NCBI GenBank assembly: GCA_964583615.1 | Contig: CAZOWM010000002.1 | Coordinates: forward strand, 8,050-72,049 | Source of the DNA: an uncultured Spirochaetota bacterium | Lineage (GTDB): Bacteria > Spirochaetota > B62-G9 > DRHN01 | Reading direction: 5' to 3' | Length of the DNA stretch: 64,000 nt | In this document: piece by piece, positions 9,063-19,436 of the stretch | Layout of the letters: the number at the start of each line of letters is the position of its first letter | How positions within the stretch are numbered: position 1 is the stretch's first letter | Translations under genes and position numbers: made by a program | The notes under the pieces: generated by a model | Told to the model about the DNA's origin: nothing | Databases searched by the model: none | What the model saw: the letters and a program-made list of their open reading frames with translations, nothing else

Positions 9063-10838
9063 ATGCACGAAAAAGAGATAAAAAATACACCACCCGGAAT
9101 CTCGCGTGAAAACAGGGACGAATTCAAGGGACAAAAAACCGCCGCTGCTTCGAAAGACTTCATCCGGAGCATCATCGACGAGGACATGAAAACCGGCAAG
9201 TACAGCGGGAGGGTGATGACCCGGTTTCCTCCTGAACCCAACGGATACCTCCACATAGGGCACGCAAAATCGATCTGCCTCAACTTCGGGATCGCCCGGG
9301 ATTACGACGGCGGTCTGTGCAACCTCCGATTCGACGATACGAATCCGACCAAAGAGGAGGAGGTGTACGTAGAATCCATAAAGCGTGACGTGCACTGGCT
9401 CGGTTTCGACTGGGACGGCAGAGAGTACTACGCATCCGACTACTTCGACCGGCTCTACGAGTACGCCGTTCAGCTCATCAAAGAGGGGAAGGCGTATGTG
9501 GACAGCCTCTCAGCTGATGAGATACGGGAGTTTCGCGGCACCCTGACCAAACCGGGAAAGGAGAGCCCTTTTCGCACCCGCAGTGCGGAGGAAAACCTCA
9601 GCCTCTTCGAGCGAATGCGCGCTGGAGAGTTTGCAGACGGCTCTCATGTGCTCCGTGCAAAGATCGACATGGCTTCTTCGAACATCAACATGCGCGACCA
9701 GACGATCTACCGGATCAGGAAAGTTGCCCATCAGAGAACGGGAAACAAATGGTGCATCTACCCGCTGTACGACTTCGCCCACTGCCTTTCCGACTCCGTC
9801 GAGGGCATAACCCACTCTATCTGCACGCTCGAGTTTGAGAACAACCGCCCCCTCTACGACTGGTTTCTCGACGAGCTTCGGGTGAAAAATCACCCGCAGC
9901 AGATCGAGTTTGCACGTCTCAACATCTCCTATACGGTCATGAGCAAGCGAAAGCTCCTCACGCTCGTCGAAAAGGGAGCTGTCAGCGGGTGGGACGACCC
10001 GAGGATGCCCACGCTTTCGGGGCTCAGGCGGCGCGGCTACACACCTGAGGCAATCCGCACATTCTGTGACCGTATCGGCGTTGCAAAAACAAACAGCGTT
10101 GTTGACATCGCGCTGCTCGAGCACTTCCTGCGCGAAGACCTCAACAAACGGGTTCCCCGCCGCATGGCGGTGCTCAGGCCGCTCCGGATCGTGATCGACA
10201 ACTACCCCGAGAAAAAAGTCGAATGGCTCGACGGGGTCAATAATCCGGAAGACGAAAGTATGGGCACGCGAAAGCTCCCATTTTCCCGTGTTCTCTACAT
10301 CGAGCGGGAGGATTTTCGTGAAGATCCCCCGAAGAAGTACTTTCGTCTCGCTCCGGGCCGCGAGGTCAGACTCAAGCATGCCTATTACATAAAATGCGTG
10401 GAAGTGAAAAGAGACAATGCCACCGGAGAAATCGCCGAGCTTCACTGCACATACGATCCCGAAACCCGCGGAGGGTGGTCAAAGGACGGGCGGAAGGTGA
10501 AGGGGACTCTGCACTGGGTGTCCGCCGCGCACGGCACACATGCAGAGGTTCGGCTCTACGATCATCTCTTCACAAAAGAGAATCCCGATGAGGGTGCGGG
10601 CGGAGACTTCATGCAAAACCTCAATCAGAAATCGCTCGAAGTGCTTGCCTCCTGCATCGTTGAGCGGGACCTTGCAGAAGCGAGACCGGGAAATCGGTAT
10701 CAGTTTTTACGGCACGGCTATTTCTGTGCTGATCCCGACAAAACTGTGGACGGAGGACCGGTTTTCAATCTCACGGTGTCCCTGCGCGACACATGGGCAA
10801 AGATCGAAAAATCGCAGGCGAAAGCAGGTCAGAGTTGA
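9063..10838 (+). CDS. glnS: glutaminyl-tRNA synthetase
   Basis: 591 aa. [18 protein letters not shown] (HIGH) and VMSKR (KMSKS) motifs, and a GlnRS-type anticodon-binding C-terminus. Confidence 0.9.
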   Translation: MHEKEIKNTPPGISRENRDEFKGQKTAAASKDFIRSIIDEDMKTGKYSGRVMTRFPPEPNGYLHIGHAKSICLNFGIARDYDGGLCNLRFDDTNPTKEEEVYVESIKRDVHWLGFDWDGREYYASDYFDRLYEYAVQLIKEGKAYVDSLSADEIREFRGTLTKPGKESPFRTRSAEENLSLFERMRAGEFADGSHVLRAKIDMASSNINMRDQTIYRIRKVAHQRTGNKWCIYPLYDFAHCLSDSVEGITHSICTLEFENNRPLYDWFLDELRVKNHPQQIEFARLNISYTVMSKRKLLTLVEKGAVSGWDDPRMPTLSGLRRRGYTPEAIRTFCDRIGVAKTNSVVDIALLEHFLREDLNKRVPRRMAVLRPLRIVIDNYPEKKVEWLDGVNNPEDESMGTRKLPFSRVLYIEREDFREDPPKKYFRLAPGREVRLKHAYYIKCVEVKRDNATGEIAELHCTYDPETRGGWSKDGRKVKGTLHWVSAAHGTHAEVRLYDHLFTKENPDEGAGGDFMQNLNQKSLEVLASCIVERDLAEARPGNRYQFLRHGYFCADPDKTVDGGPVFNLTVSLRDTWAKIEKSQAKAGQS

Positions 10839-10890
10839 TTCTCCAGCGGCGTGCCGTATATACTTGTGAGAGTTTCATGGAGGGGTACAG

Positions 10891-11310
10891 ATGGCAGTTG
10901 AGACCTATTCTTTTCAGAAAAACACAGAGGGAGAAACAGACATCATCGACATCACCGGTGAGATTGAAAATATCATTGCCAAAAGTAGCCTGCATGCAGG
11001 TGTCGCAAACGTCTTTGTATCCGGTTCGACCGCTGGAATCACGACGGTGGAATACGAACCGGGGCTCGTAAAAGACCTCAAACAGGCATACGAGCACATT
11101 GCGCCCAGAAACGGAAACTACGCTCACAATCTCCGCTGGGGCGACGGGAACGGATACGCCCATGTGCGTGCCTCAATGACCGGCCAGGACATGAATGTTC
11201 CCTTCTCCCAGGGAAAACTCATGCTCGGCACATGGCAGCAAATCATTCTCGTCGACTTCGACAACAGGAAGAGAAAAAGGGAGATCAGCGTTCAACTTAT
11301 CGGAGAGTGA
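10891..11310 (+). CDS. YjbQ/UPF0047 family protein (secondary thiamine-phosphate synthase-like)
   Basis: 139 aa. Length and sequence fit the YjbQ family (DITGEI..., HNLRWGDGNGYAH...). Confidence 0.75.
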   Translation: MAVETYSFQKNTEGETDIIDITGEIENIIAKSSLHAGVANVFVSGSTAGITTVEYEPGLVKDLKQAYEHIAPRNGNYAHNLRWGDGNGYAHVRASMTGQDMNVPFSQGKLMLGTWQQIILVDFDNRKRKREISVQLIGE

Positions 11311-11374
11311 AACGGAAAACAACCACACGAACATACCGCACCGCGCCGCTACCATCATCGCGCTGAGCGTCATC

Positions 11375-12001
11375 ATGTTCCTCACGCTCGTTTTGCTGTC
11401 CTCCGCCTTCGGTGCGGAGCGCGCGGTGAGCGCCGCGCATACCCTCGAAGAGAGAGGGGTCTCGCCTCTGCTCATATCCGGCCTCATTTCAACGGTCCCA
11501 ATCTTCGAGCTCCGGGGCGGCATTCCTGTGGGGATTGCGCTCCTCAAACTCAATCCTCTCCTCGTCTACCCTGTGGCCGTGTGCTTCAATCTCATTCCCG
11601 TGTTTCCCGTGCTCCTTTTGCTCAATCCGATTCGCCGTCTCCTCGAGAACCGGCCGGTTTTTCGGGGCTTTTTCAGGGCGCTCGACAGAAGGGCGGGAAA
11701 AAACAGAAATCTGGTACAAAAGTACCAGGAAGTGGGGCTCATGCTTTTTGTTGCGCTCCCCCTCCCTGTGACCGGCGCATGGACTGGGTCGTTGCTCTCG
11801 ACTGCGATGGGGTTTCGTCCTGTAAAATCTTTTTTCTTCATTGCATGCGGTGTGGGGATCGCAGGCGTGATCGTCACGCTTCTCACCATGCTGAAGAAAA
11901 CAGGAGTCCTCATCGCCGTACTGTTCTTCGCCTTGTTCTGCGCGGTATACATCATGAAGTATCTCAGAGACAGAAAACGGCTCGGCAAAATGAATTCTTG
12001 A
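11375..12001 (+). CDS. small multidrug-export-like membrane protein (COG2426-like)
   Basis: Hydrophobic, 4-5 TM segments. Start set to the first ATG after the YjbQ stop. Family assignment is tentative. Confidence 0.45.
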   Translation: MFLTLVLLSSAFGAERAVSAAHTLEERGVSPLLISGLISTVPIFELRGGIPVGIALLKLNPLLVYPVAVCFNLIPVFPVLLLLNPIRRLLENRPVFRGFFRALDRRAGKNRNLVQKYQEVGLMLFVALPLPVTGAWTGSLLSTAMGFRPVKSFFFIACGVGIAGVIVTLLTMLKKTGVLIAVLFFALFCAVYIMKYLRDRKRLGKMNS

Positions 12002-12032
12002 GGACACCGGCTCCTCCGGTTATTATTTTCTT

Positions 12033-12923
12033 GTGATGAAAATAACAGCGCACACAAAACTGACTGGCCTGCTCGGCCATCCCGCTGGACACTCCCTCTC
12101 TCCGGTGTTCATGAATTTTCTCTTTGAGCATGCCGGGATCGACGCACGGTATTTTGCGTTTGACGTCCATCCCGCGCATATCTGGGAGGCGGTGAACAGC
12201 CTGAAGGTGCTCGGATTCGCCGGAGCAAATGTGACGATCCCTCACAAACGCGCCGTTTTCGAAACGGTTGACCGGGTATCCGAAGACGCAGCCGCAATCG
12301 GGGCGGTAAATTGCATCGTGCACACGGAGGGGATGCTCGAAGGGCACAACACGGACCACCTCGGGTTCATGTGGCCACTCAGGGAAGCGGGGCTTCTGCG
12401 AAAAAACGACCCTGCGCTCATCATCGGAAGCGGCGGCGCAGCGCGTGCTGTGCTGTATGCGCTCGTTCGAAGCGGCGTGGGAGATGTGCGCGTTGCGAAC
12501 AGAACCGCTTCGCACGCACACACGCTCATCGAATGGGCCGAAAAAACACTGAGAATTCACACGATCCGCTTTATAGGTGATCCGGCCTCCCTTGATGAAA
12601 CTCTACTCCGCGAATCACGCCTCGTGGTCAATACTACACCCGTGGGAATGTTCCCGGATATTGGCGCGTGCCCGCTTTCAGAAGGCGCCCGGCTCAGAGA
12701 ATACCAGACCGTATACGACCTCATCTACACTCCTGAACAAACCCGGCTTCTCCGAATGGCCCACGAAGCAGGCGCACATGCGATCAATGGTCTCGAGATG
12801 CTCGTCGTGCAGGGCCTGTTTTCCGCCGCCCTGTGGTTCCCGCAGAGCAGGGAAAAAATCATGACGCAGCGAATCCTTCTGCTCCATCACCTCAGGGAGT
12901 ACACCCATGCGCGAAACCTTTGA
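12033..12923 (+). CDS. aroE: shikimate dehydrogenase
   Basis: LLGHPAGHSLSP substrate motif and a Rossmann GSGGAARAV motif. Confidence 0.85.
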   Translation: MMKITAHTKLTGLLGHPAGHSLSPVFMNFLFEHAGIDARYFAFDVHPAHIWEAVNSLKVLGFAGANVTIPHKRAVFETVDRVSEDAAAIGAVNCIVHTEGMLEGHNTDHLGFMWPLREAGLLRKNDPALIIGSGGAARAVLYALVRSGVGDVRVANRTASHAHTLIEWAEKTLRIHTIRFIGDPASLDETLLRESRLVVNTTPVGMFPDIGACPLSEGARLREYQTVYDLIYTPEQTRLLRMAHEAGAHAINGLEMLVVQGLFSAALWFPQSREKIMTQRILLLHHLREYTHARNL

Positions 12924-13494
12924 ACCGAAGAAGCCGAAAAAACAGACGACGATCTATCTCATCGGATTCATGGCCTCGGGAAAGAGCACGATCGGAAGGC
13001 TTCTCGCCCGGCGTCTCGAGGTCCCGTGGATTGACCTCGACAGCATGATCGCGAAACGAGAGGGTGCGACGATATCGGAGATTTTTTCTGAAAGAGGTGA
13101 ACAGTACTTCAGAAAAGCGGAGGCCGCGGAGCTTCAAAACATTCAGGCTGCAGCTGTACACAGAGGCGCCGTAGTGTCCACAGGGGGAGGCGCTCCCTGC
13201 TCTACGGAAAACCTCTCGCTCATGAAGCAAACCGGCATTGTGATATACCTCAAAGTCCGTGCCCGTGAACTTCTGCGAAGAATCGGGGAAGGGTCCTCGA
13301 GGCCCGTGTTTATGAAAATGAAACAGCACGGAAACAAGCAGGCGCGGGCAAAAAAACTGTTAAAAAGCCGTGAACCGTTCTATAATCAGGCGCATATCAC
13401 CCTCCGGAACAGCAGAAACAGGGATCCCGAAGAGGTCGTGGAATATATCGCACAAAAGGTCGCCGCAGGATGGACACAACCGCCATACCCGTAA
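12907..13494 (+). CDS. aroK: shikimate kinase
   Basis: P-loop IYLIGFMASGKSTIGR and a shikimate kinase lid region. Overlaps aroE by 17 nt. Confidence 0.85.
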   Translation: MRETFEPKKPKKQTTIYLIGFMASGKSTIGRLLARRLEVPWIDLDSMIAKREGATISEIFSERGEQYFRKAEAAELQNIQAAAVHRGAVVSTGGGAPCSTENLSLMKQTGIVIYLKVRARELLRRIGEGSSRPVFMKMKQHGNKQARAKKLLKSREPFYNQAHITLRNSRNRDPEEVVEYIAQKVAAGWTQPPYP

Positions 13495-14681
13495 AAAAAC
13501 GCTACACCGTGCATATCGGAAACCAGGTCCTCCAGTCGCTTCCAAGCCTCGTCAAGGGCGCGCTCGGCGACACCTACTTTTCAGGCATGCGCGTGATGAT
13601 CGTGTCCGACAGGAAGGTAGCGGACCATTATCTGCGGAAAGTGTCCAAAGCTCTCAGAAAAGAAGGGTTCAAGGTCCACGATGACGTGTTCAGGGCAGGA
13701 GAGCGGCTGAAGAGCCACCGGAACCTTCAGAAGCTTCTGCAGGCGATGGTGAAAAAAGGGCTCACTCGGGATTCCGTGGTCATCGGCCTCGGCGGAGGCG
13801 TCATCGGTGATTTTGCGGGATTCGCGGCATCGATCTACATGCGGGGGTGCCGTCTCGTTCATGTCCCAACGTCCCTTCTTGCACAGGTCGATTCCTCGGT
13901 AGGCGGAAAAGTCGGGATCAATCTTTCGGAGGGGAAAAACCTCATCGGCAGCTTCCACCACCCCGTTCTCGTGCTTACGGACATTTCCGTGCTCTACACC
14001 CTTCCCCCCAGGGAATTTCTGTGCGGCCTTGCAGAAATCATGAAGTACGGCCTCATCTTCAACAGGAAACTCTTCGAGCACATCGATGCGTTCTTCTACC
14101 GCTACAGCATCGACGACGGGCGCTTCCCCAATGAGATCCTAAAGCGGGTCCTTCTCAACGATCCCATATTCCTGGAAAACATCATCACAAAATCGGTAAA
14201 GATCAAAGCGGACATCGTGGCTCAGGATGAACAGGAAAGTGATCTCCGGATGATACTGAATTTCGGGCACACCTTCGGCCATGCGATCGAGCAGAGCACC
14301 CGCTACCGGCGTTTTCTGCATGGTGAGGCTGTGCTTCTCGGCATGAAGATCGCATCTACGCTCTCCGAGGCCTGCCGTATGATCAGCGCTCAGGAGCTCT
14401 TTTCCATCAGGCGGCTTCTGGACAGATTTGATGTCCCCTCCGTAAAACGGCTCTCCTCAAGACAGATCATGGCGCAGATGGAGAGAGACAAAAAAAAGAG
14501 AGGGGGGAAGGTTCACTACATTCTCCTTAAGGAGATCGGATACGCAGTCTGGGAAACCGACGTTTCCCAAAGCCTCGTCAAGGAGAGCATCGAAAAAGTC
14601 CTCGAATATCACAGAAAGAAGAAGAGCACCTCTTCCCGCTCATCTCATTCAGAGAGCAGAAGATCGAGCGCGCGCACATAG
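13470..14681 (+). CDS. aroB: 3-dehydroquinate synthase
   Basis: 403 aa. GGGVIGDFAGFAA and VPTSLLAQVDSSVGGK motifs of AroB. Overlaps aroK by 25 nt. Confidence 0.9.
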   Translation: MDTTAIPVKKRYTVHIGNQVLQSLPSLVKGALGDTYFSGMRVMIVSDRKVADHYLRKVSKALRKEGFKVHDDVFRAGERLKSHRNLQKLLQAMVKKGLTRDSVVIGLGGGVIGDFAGFAASIYMRGCRLVHVPTSLLAQVDSSVGGKVGINLSEGKNLIGSFHHPVLVLTDISVLYTLPPREFLCGLAEIMKYGLIFNRKLFEHIDAFFYRYSIDDGRFPNEILKRVLLNDPIFLENIITKSVKIKADIVAQDEQESDLRMILNFGHTFGHAIEQSTRYRRFLHGEAVLLGMKIASTLSEACRMISAQELFSIRRLLDRFDVPSVKRLSSRQIMAQMERDKKKRGGKVHYILLKEIGYAVWETDVSQSLVKESIEKVLEYHRKKKSTSSRSSHSESRRSSART

Positions 14682-15076
14682 CCTTCAGGCCCGAGCCCCT
14701 TTATCTGGCCTATGCACACGTCCCTGATGACTGAAACGGCTCGAAACTCCTCACGGGCCTCTATGTCCGTGATGTGAACTTCCACGGCTTTCACCCCGGT
14801 TGCGGAGATCGCATCCCTCAGCGCATAGCTGTAGTGCGTGTATGCACCGGGATTGAGAATAAGGCCCTCGTACCCCCGCGCCGCGAGCGAATGGATCTTA
14901 TCGATGAGTTTTCCCTCCGAGTTCGACTGAAAGCTTCGTACACGCACCCCCTTTTTGGCAGCATGCCGCCTGACCATCCTGACGATCTGCTTGATGGTGG
15001 TGGTGCCGTAGATTTCGCGCTCCCGTGTTCCGAGAAGGTTGAGGTTGGGGCCGTTGATGATGCACACCTTTTTCAC
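14645..15076 (-). CDS. aroQ: 3-dehydroquinate dehydratase, type II
   Basis: KKVCIINGPNLNLLGTREREIYG is the type II DHQase N-terminus. Start placed at GTG 15076, with GAGGAGG 5 nt upstream. The longer ORF upstream looks non-coding and would overlap the malic enzyme gene. Confidence 0.8.
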   Translation of the reverse strand: MKKVCIINGPNLNLLGTREREIYGTTTIKQIVRMVRRHAAKKGVRVRSFQSNSEGKLIDKIHSLAARGYEGLILNPGAYTHYSYALRDAISATGVKAVEVHITDIEAREEFRAVSVIRDVCIGQIKGLGPEGYVRALDLLLSE

Positions 15077-15087
15077 CGGGCGCCTCC

Positions 15088-16449
15088 TCAGAACTCCTTT
15101 TCTATGCCCTTTATCACACCCTCGCGCATGAGGATCTTTACCTCCTCCCGTGCTTCCCTGATGATCTGCTCGGAGATCGAGTAGAGCTCGTCGCGCGTCA
15201 TGGTCTCCGCAGCTATTCCCTGCTCTATTGCCTTCATCCCCACTGCAGCAGCCTCTCTGGGAAACACCTCCCATTCATCCATTGTGGGAATGATGTAGTC
15301 GTCGTGGAGTCCGTTGTCCTCTGCTGTTTTTGCGAGCTCTACTGCGGCTGCGATGCACATCTCGTCCGTTATGGCGTGGGCCTTGACATCAAGGGTTCCG
15401 CGGAATATTCCGGGAAAACCGAGCGAGTTGTTCACCTGGTTGGGAAAGTCGCTTCTCCCGGTGGCCACGATGCGCGCTCCCGCCTTTTTTGCCTCCCACG
15501 GCCAGATCTCCGGAACAGGGTTCGCGCAGACAAACACCACGGAGTCTTTGGCCATCTTCGAAATCCATTCCCCGTGCACGGTTCCCGGCCCTGGTTTTGA
15601 GAGAGCGATCAGCACATCCGCGCCCTCGAGCGCCTCCCATATGGGCCCGCCGAAGCAATTTTCATTCGTGCGCTCGCACATGTTCCACTTTTCCCTGAAG
15701 GCGCTGTTTTCGGCAAGGTCTTTCCTTTCGGCAGAAAGCGCTCCCTTGCTGTCGTACATGACGCACTTCTTCGGGTCCGCTCCCGACTGAAAAATCACGT
15801 CCGCGATCCGTATATTCGCCGCGCCGGACCCCATGAATACGATCTTCACCCCGTCAAGCGGCTTTTTCACCACCTTCAGGGCGTTGACGAGACCCGCGAG
15901 TGTGACCGCAGCGGTTCCCTGCTGGTCATCGTGCCACACAGGAATGGGGCACTCCTTTCTGAGCCTATCAAGAATGTAGAAGCATTTGGGCTGTGCGATG
16001 TCCTCGAGATTCACTCCTCCGAGGGTCGCGTGCAGCAGCTTCACCGTTTCGATGAATAGTTCCGGATCCTTTGTGCCGAGACAGAGGGGAAACGCGTCTA
16101 CTCCTCCGAGATACTTGTATATGAGCGACTTCCCCTCCATTACCGGAATCGCCGCGTGGGGCCCGATGTCGCCGAGCCCGAGAACACGGGTTCCATCGGA
16201 TATCACCGCAACGGTATTCCACTTGCTCGTCAGCTCGTAGGCGAGCCCTGGTTCTTTTTCGATGTCCCTGCACACTGCTGCGACTCCGGGCGTGTACCAC
16301 ACATCAAAATCGTGCAGGTCCTTTATCCTGCAGCGTGGAGCCATGGATATCTTTCCCCTGTAATGCCTGTGCAGCGCAGATGCGACCTCCAGCGGTTTAT
16401 TCGCCTTTTCAAGAAGTTTTTTTTCATCGTACTCCATCTTCAGCTCCAA
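15088..16449 (-). CDS. NAD(P)-dependent malic enzyme (malate dehydrogenase, oxaloacetate-decarboxylating)
   Basis: 453 aa. VWYTPGVA, GLGDIG and VFMGSGAANI motifs of short-form malic enzymes. Confidence 0.85.
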   Translation of the reverse strand: MELKMEYDEKKLLEKANKPLEVASALHRHYRGKISMAPRCRIKDLHDFDVWYTPGVAAVCRDIEKEPGLAYELTSKWNTVAVISDGTRVLGLGDIGPHAAIPVMEGKSLIYKYLGGVDAFPLCLGTKDPELFIETVKLLHATLGGVNLEDIAQPKCFYILDRLRKECPIPVWHDDQQGTAAVTLAGLVNALKVVKKPLDGVKIVFMGSGAANIRIADVIFQSGADPKKCVMYDSKGALSAERKDLAENSAFREKWNMCERTNENCFGGPIWEALEGADVLIALSKPGPGTVHGEWISKMAKDSVVFVCANPVPEIWPWEAKKAGARIVATGRSDFPNQVNNSLGFPGIFRGTLDVKAHAITDEMCIAAAVELAKTAEDNGLHDDYIIPTMDEWEVFPREAAAVGMKAIEQGIAAETMTRDELYSISEQIIREAREEVKILMREGVIKGIEKEF

Positions 16450-16479
16450 TGTACATGAGATCGTGCGGTTCAGGCTCCT

Positions 16480-17499
16480 CTAAGCAAGAAGCGCGTGCGC
16501 CTCCTTGAGCATGTCGATAATCGGAAGCTCATAGGGGCATTCCGAAAGACAATTCCCGCACTCCGTGCAGTCTGCTGCGGTTTTTTTCATCCCTCCGTAC
16601 CACCTGTGGGCAAGCTCGAGGTTTTCAGGATACCGTGCCTTCCCGTAAAACTCAAGAATAACTCCGATTCGAATGTTCTCGGGACAGGCGGGATGGCAGT
16701 AGTAGCAGCGTCTGCAAAAATCTTTGTCGAGCTCGGAGGTGATCCGCTCGAGCTCCCGTGTTTCTTCATCCGAGAGCGAAAGATCCCCTCCGGAAATCCG
16801 GATATTCTCGCGTACCTGCTCCACTGTCACCATTCCCGGAATCACTATGGACACGGGGTACTGGAGGATCCACTTGAGTGCCGTGGGGGCACATGTGAGT
16901 GCCCCGCCAGCGAGCGGTTTCTGGTCGATGAACCCGACGTCGTGGTCTCTGCAGTAGTCGATGAGGCCGAAGATACCCGGCCCCTTTTCTATGTAGCTGA
17001 ATGCCGCCTGCACAGTGTCGAACTCCCCGGTTTTGGCTGCCTCGAGCATTACCGGTACGTTGTGTCCCGAGATGCCGATAAACCGGATGATTCCCCGGCT
17101 GCGGAGCTTTTTGAACACATCAAGCGGCCCTCCCTTTTGGAGCACCATGTTCAGCTCGTCGATACTGTTCACATAGTGAATCTGATAGAGATCGATCGAG
17201 TCTGTGCGGAGATTGTTCAGGCTCATGTCCAGCTCTTCCATGATCGACTCTTCACTCCTCGCCCGTGTTTTGGTTGCAAGACAGTACTCTTCACGCCTGT
17301 TCGAAACTGCTGCTCCGATGAGGGCCTCGCTTTCTCTGTATCCCCTCGCAGTGTCGATAAAATCGACACCCAGGTCGAGCGACTCATTCAGCACGGCAGA
17401 CGCCTCCCGCTCATTAAGCCCGGTGAGCGGCAGGCATCCGATCCCCACGCAGCTCACTTCAAGGCCCGTTCGGCCGAGCCTCCTCTTCTGTATCTGCAT
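16480..17499 (-). CDS. aldo/keto reductase fused to C-terminal 4Fe-4S ferredoxin-like domain
   Basis: N-terminal AKR (GLEVSCVGIG..., IDTARGY). C-terminal CRRCYYCHPACP ... CTECGNCLSECP gives two Cys clusters. Confidence 0.75.
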   Translation of the reverse strand: MQIQKRRLGRTGLEVSCVGIGCLPLTGLNEREASAVLNESLDLGVDFIDTARGYRESEALIGAAVSNRREEYCLATKTRARSEESIMEELDMSLNNLRTDSIDLYQIHYVNSIDELNMVLQKGGPLDVFKKLRSRGIIRFIGISGHNVPVMLEAAKTGEFDTVQAAFSYIEKGPGIFGLIDYCRDHDVGFIDQKPLAGGALTCAPTALKWILQYPVSIVIPGMVTVEQVRENIRISGGDLSLSDEETRELERITSELDKDFCRRCYYCHPACPENIRIGVILEFYGKARYPENLELAHRWYGGMKKTAADCTECGNCLSECPYELPIIDMLKEAHALLA

Positions 17500-17638
17500 G
17501 CAATCCTCCTCGTGATTTCCGCGGCATTTGCCGGTACCTCACCGGCTGATGTCCGCATACCTGTTCGTCCGTGTGCGGACCAATTTTCTTTCTCAACAAT
17601 ATACTCACCAGTACAGACCGCGGCCACACTTTCAGTTT

Positions 17639-18592
17639 CTAAAACATCAGAGGAAGACCCAGGAAATATGCCGCTGTGAGAAACCCGATGAGGGTTGTGA
17701 AAACAACCCTCCAGTAGAAAAAAAGCGCCTTCAGTATGAGCGCTGGTGCCTCACGCATGTTTTCCTCGAGCCTGTCAATTCCGATCCGCGGTTTTTTCTT
17801 CAGCACGCCCCCGTAAGTGGAGGGCCCGCCCAGTGCGATCCCGAGCATACCAGAAAACCCCGCCTCTGCAAGCCCGCTGTTCGGACTCGGGTTTTTTTGC
17901 CCGTCCTTCCGCATGCATCGGAACACCTCCTTCCTGAACCCAGACGCGCAGTACAGAAAGACCGCGTTGATCCGCGCAGGAACGAAGTTGAGGATGTCGT
18001 CGAGCCGCGCGCCTGCCTTGCCGAATTTTTCGTACCGTTCGTTTCTGTACCCGAAACGAGAGTCGATCGTGTTGAGCGTTTTGTAGGCGTATGCCGCGGG
18101 CAATCCTCCGAGCATGAAATAGAAGAGGGGCGCGGTAAACCCGTCAACCACGTTCTCCGCCACACTCTCGACAGTCGCCCTGATCACGCCCCCGGTGTCC
18201 AGTGCCGCGGTGTCTCGCCCGACGATTCTCGACACCGCCTCCCGCGCGCCCTCAAGGTCTCCCGCGCTGAGACGCTCGTACACCGATTTCGCTTCCTTTG
18301 CCATGTCCCTGTTGCAGAAAAGAAAAAAGAGGAGCAAAACAGAGACGATGTTTATGGAAAATGGCAAATAAGCCCATTTCTTTGCGTAGTTCAGCCCAAG
18401 CATGACGGAAAATACCGCGGCGAGCGCGAATGCCACAAGAAGCGCTCCGCCGAGGACCTTGTGTTTCATCCTGTAGAACAGCTTCTCGTACTCCGTAAGC
18501 ATTGAGCCGATGAGCCTGACGGGATGCAGGGAAAAGACCGGATCCCCGATCAGCATATCCAGAAAAAATGCAATGAGAACGTTGATCACCAT
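17639..18592 (-). CDS. cbiB: adenosylcobinamide-phosphate synthase CbiB/CobD
   Basis: Membrane protein with a CobD/CbiB-like sequence (LLDMLIGDP...HP). Start set to the internal Met MVINVLIAFF. Confidence 0.75.
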   Translation of the reverse strand: MVINVLIAFFLDMLIGDPVFSLHPVRLIGSMLTEYEKLFYRMKHKVLGGALLVAFALAAVFSVMLGLNYAKKWAYLPFSINIVSVLLLFFLFCNRDMAKEAKSVYERLSAGDLEGAREAVSRIVGRDTAALDTGGVIRATVESVAENVVDGFTAPLFYFMLGGLPAAYAYKTLNTIDSRFGYRNERYEKFGKAGARLDDILNFVPARINAVFLYCASGFRKEVFRCMRKDGQKNPSPNSGLAEAGFSGMLGIALGGPSTYGGVLKKKPRIGIDRLEENMREAPALILKALFFYWRVVFTTLIGFLTAAYFLGLPLMF

Positions 18593-18647
18593 CCGTGCCT
18601 TCTTTCTCTCCGGCGGCCTGGGTACTTTTTCCGCTGCGCGTTTTCGT

Positions 18648-19421
18648 TCATTGAAACAGGGCACGCATCAGGATCATGCAGCACACCTCTGTGAGCTCGA
18701 TTCCCGCGCCGATCGTGTCACCGCTCATTCCGCCGATCTTTTTTTTGGAAACGAGCCCCCATGCAGCCCAAAGCCCCGCGCTGCAGACCGAAAGTAGCGC
18801 ACCGTAGAGCGGCGGACGGGTGAGCGCGCAGGCAATGGCTGTCATAAGCGCAAACGACCCGGCCGCGTGACCGGGACCGATCGACTTCACAAACGCCTGC
18901 CCAAGCCCCTCTTTTGTCCCTGCTGGAGGAAATAAGGCCCCCGCAACCGCTACGCCTCCCCTGCTCAGCGCAGGGGCTGCTACGAGGAAGCAGGGAAACG
19001 ATCCTGCGGCGTTTCGCAGGATTTCATAAAAAAACGCGATCTTCACCAGATAGAGGCAGAGAGAGAAAACATATCCCATGGCGCCGAGCCGTGAGTCCTT
19101 CATCACCTCCAGTACCTGATCCGGCCTGTTTGCCCTGGAGAAAAACCCGTCGAATGTATCTACGAGACCGTCCGCGTGGAGCGCGCGCGTGAATATCAGC
19201 ACGAACACGCACATCAGCACCGAAATTGCGAACGGCGAAAGCGCGCGAAGCTGTGCGAGTGGGTAGAAAAATGCACCGATTGTCACTCCGACGAGCGGAT
19301 AGAAAAGCGTGGACCCTCCTGTCTCTTCAGGAAGAATGCGCACCCTTCCCAAACCCGGTAAGGCGGTTAAAAAGCCGTAGGCAAAAATAAGCTGGCGCAC
19401 TCGTTTTTTCATTGTGTTCAT
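18648..19421 (-). CDS. cobS: adenosylcobinamide-GDP ribazoletransferase (cobalamin synthase)
   Basis: 257-aa polytopic membrane protein with CobS-like motifs (FLTALPG, DGLVDTFDG). Confidence 0.8.
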   Translation of the reverse strand: MNTMKKRVRQLIFAYGFLTALPGLGRVRILPEETGGSTLFYPLVGVTIGAFFYPLAQLRALSPFAISVLMCVFVLIFTRALHADGLVDTFDGFFSRANRPDQVLEVMKDSRLGAMGYVFSLCLYLVKIAFFYEILRNAAGSFPCFLVAAPALSRGGVAVAGALFPPAGTKEGLGQAFVKSIGPGHAAGSFALMTAIACALTRPPLYGALLSVCSAGLWAAWGLVSKKKIGGMSGDTIGAGIELTEVCCMILMRALFQ

Positions 19422-19436
19422 GGCGCAAAACCTTTT

